Origin: an uncultured Hyphomicrobiales bacterium
GTDB lineage: Bacteria; Pseudomonadota; Alphaproteobacteria; Rhizobiales; Beijerinckiaceae
DNA length: 64,000 nt
Reading direction: 5' to 3'
NCBI GenBank assembly: GCA_903930675.1
Contig: CAIYZJ010000007.1
Span: 9,589 to 73,588, forward strand
Below the pieces are notes generated by a model. It was not told the DNA's origin, did no database searches, and saw only the letters and a program-made list of their open reading frames with translations. Made by a program: the position numbers and the translations under genes. Position 1 is the stretch's first letter. Each line of letters starts with the position of its first letter. Shown here piece after piece: positions 62,069 through 64,000 of the stretch.

Positions 62069-63751
62069 TTACTTCTTCGGAACGCCCGGCAGTCCCGGCA
62101 TGGTATTGAAATCCATCATCGGCATCGGGGCCCCCAGACCGGGCAGGTTTTGCAACTGTTCCATCGCCTTTTTCTGGTCAACAACCACTCCGGTCGATTT
62201 GTAATGCATGACCATTTGCGGGAAAGCGATCACAAGCCCGACCATGATCATCTGGATCACCACGAAAGGCACAGCACCCCAATAGATCTGTCCGGTGGTC
62301 ACAGGATCCATCATCTTGCCGGTGACGCGGTCCTTGTAAGGCTCTTTGGCGGCAACCGACCGCAGATAGAACAGTGCGAAGCCGAAAGGCGGGTGCATGA
62401 AGGAAGTCTGCATATTGACCCCCAAAATCACGCCGAACCAGATCAGGTCGATGCCGAGCTTTTCCGCCGCAGGGCCGATCAGTGGCACGGCGATAAAGGC
62501 CAGTTCGAAGAAATCGAGGAAGAAGGCCAGTACGAAAATCAGCAGATTGACGATGATCAAAAAGCCGACCGTGCCGCCGGGCAGCGAGACCAGCAATTCT
62601 TCCACCCATTTATGCCCGTCTACGCCGTAAAAGGTCAGCGAGAACACGCGCGCGCCCACCAGAATGAACATGACAAAGGCCGACAGTTTGGCCGTCGATT
62701 CCGTGGCCTGGCGCAACAGATCGAACGACAGACGCTTTTTCATCAGTGCCAGAATAATCGCCCCCGCAGCACCCATGGCACCGCCCTCGGTCGGGGTGGC
62801 GACGCCGATAAAGATCGTACCCAGCACCAGAAAGATGAGGGCCAGCGGCGGCACCATCACGAAAATCACGGTTTCGGTCATCACTGACAGCAGCTTGAGG
62901 CCGAGCAGCTTGTTGATCACGGCCAGCACAAAAGAGACACCGACAGCGACCGACATGGTCAGCACCACGAAATCCGCACCCGCCTTTTGTCCTGTGCGCT
63001 GGATGACCAGATAGCCGATCAGACCAGACAGGATGGTGACCACGAGCAAAGACAGGCGGCGGCTTTTGCCATCGGGATCATTGAGGACCTGTGCATCTGC
63101 CGGCAGGCCAGGTGCAGCTGCCGGTGCAACCAATGTGACCAGAAACACATAGAGCGCATACAAAGCCGAAAGCACGAGCCCGGGGATAAACGCGCCTTCA
63201 TACATATCACCGACCGACTTGCCGAGCTGGTCGGCCATCACAATCAAAACCAGCGAGGGTGGGATAATTTGGGCCAGCGTGCCGGATGCAGCAATGACGC
63301 CGGCCGCCAACCGCCGGTCATACCCATAGCGCAACATGATCGGCAGCGAGATCAGACCCATCGAAATGACAGACGCCGCCACAACACCTGTCGTTGCTGC
63401 CAGCAAGGCGCCGACAAAAATGACCGCATAGGCCAAGCCGCCACGGATCGGGCCGAACAACTGCCCGATGGTGTCGAGCAGGTCTTCGGCCATGCCCGAT
63501 CGCTCCAGCACAAGCCCCATAAAGGTAAAGAACGGAATGGCCAGCAGCGTATCATTGTTCATGACCCCGAACACGCGTTCGGGGAGCGCCTGAATGAAGT
63601 CGGGACGGAACAGGCCGAGCTCGATCCCGATCAGGGCGAAAATCAAGCCGTTGGCAGCCAGCGCAAACGCAACCGGATAGCCCAGCAGCAAAAAAGCCAC
63701 CAGCGCGGCAAACATGATGGGGGCCATGTTGTGGATGATAAAGGCGGTCAT
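62069..63751 (-). CDS. TRAP transporter large permease subunit (DctM family, long form)
   Basis: 560-aa polytopic protein with DctM-like segments (FTFMG..LERSG.AEDL; GGLA.A.I......AAT.GVV.AS). Confidence 0.9.
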   Translation of the reverse strand: MTAFIIHNMAPIMFAALVAFLLLGYPVAFALAANGLIFALIGIELGLFRPDFIQALPERVFGVMNNDTLLAIPFFTFMGLVLERSGMAEDLLDTIGQLFGPIRGGLAYAVIFVGALLAATTGVVAASVISMGLISLPIMLRYGYDRRLAAGVIAASGTLAQIIPPSLVLIVMADQLGKSVGDMYEGAFIPGLVLSALYALYVFLVTLVAPAAAPGLPADAQVLNDPDGKSRRLSLLVVTILSGLIGYLVIQRTGQKAGADFVVLTMSVAVGVSFVLAVINKLLGLKLLSVMTETVIFVMVPPLALIFLVLGTIFIGVATPTEGGAMGAAGAIILALMKKRLSFDLLRQATESTAKLSAFVMFILVGARVFSLTFYGVDGHKWVEELLVSLPGGTVGFLIIVNLLIFVLAFFLDFFELAFIAVPLIGPAAEKLGIDLIWFGVILGVNMQTSFMHPPFGFALFYLRSVAAKEPYKDRVTGKMMDPVTTGQIYWGAVPFVVIQMIMVGLVIAFPQMVMHYKSTGVVVDQKKAMEQLQNLPGLGAPMPMMDFNTMPGLPGVPKK

Positions 63752-63794
63752 GGGCGGTTATCCTTTGCCGGAACAGGGCGGCAGAACGTGTGGC

Positions 63795-64000
63795 TCAACG
63801 GGCTTCATCGACCTGCGCCAGCAGGCGGGCGGCTTCGGCTTCGGCGGCGGCATGATGCCCGCCTCCCGAGGTCGTATCCTCCAGCGCGCCGCGCATGATG
63901 GCGATCCGCTTGATCAGCTCGGACACACCTTGGAAAAAAAGCATCAGAAATCCGATAGGGATCAGCAATTTGGCTGGCCATTGCGGCAAGCCGCCGGCAT
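63795..64000 (-). CDS. TRAP transporter small permease subunit (DctQ family), 3-prime part only; continues beyond the window
   Basis: WPAKLLIPIGFLMLFFQGVSELIKRIA resembles a DctQ C-terminus. The frame stays open to the window edge. Confidence 0.6.
   Translation of the reverse strand, partial: AGGLPQWPAKLLIPIGFLMLFFQGVSELIKRIAIMRGALEDTTSGGGHHAAAEAEAARLLAQVDEAR

Overview
High-GC alphaproteobacterial chromosome segment. MucR/Ros, a cycHJKL-type ccm operon, a PleC-like kinase with CtrA-type boxes and a gene transfer agent together suggest a Rhizobiales/Hyphomicrobiales-like organism (inference). About 60 protein genes can be supported. I recognised no rRNA, tRNA, CRISPR array, transposase or integrase. 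The outstanding element is an RcGTA-like gene transfer agent (GTA) head-tail cluster at about 9.17-24.17 kb. It contains the g1-like gene, large terminase, portal, g3.5, prohead protease, HK97 capsid, adaptor, stopper, tail terminator, DUF2460, DUF2163, NlpC/P60 peptidase, a 1322-aa megatron and a DUF2793 fibre. Its architecture is atypical in four ways. (1) The tail-tube, chaperone and tape-measure block (g9-g11) is absent, and an opposite-strand 112-aa orphan ORF occupies that position. (2) A secreted trypsin-like S1 protease gene is inserted head-on between capsid and adaptor. (3) A canonical intrinsic terminator sits 13 nt upstream of g1, and a second sits at the end of g3.5. (4) An extra small ORF precedes the protease. 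The surviving genes are all intact and keep ATGA start/stop coupling, so this looks like a re-wired or split GTA rather than a decaying one. The rest of the window is housekeeping or accessory metabolism: sodB, msrB, mucR, sufE, ycgN, a PepSY/OmpR/HK module, ccmIEFH, glnE, pepN, a CDF transporter with a triplicated cytoplasmic domain and gloA. It also holds a guanine/xanthine-to-allantoin module (uraH-xdhAB-guaD, puuD-uraD) translationally coupled to an OtnC/OtnK-like pair, plus a lactonase, an orphan processive GT2, dusA, cobS/cobT, apbC, emrAB-like efflux and a TRAP transporter. All functional calls come from reading the supplied translations against remembered family motifs; no searches were run.
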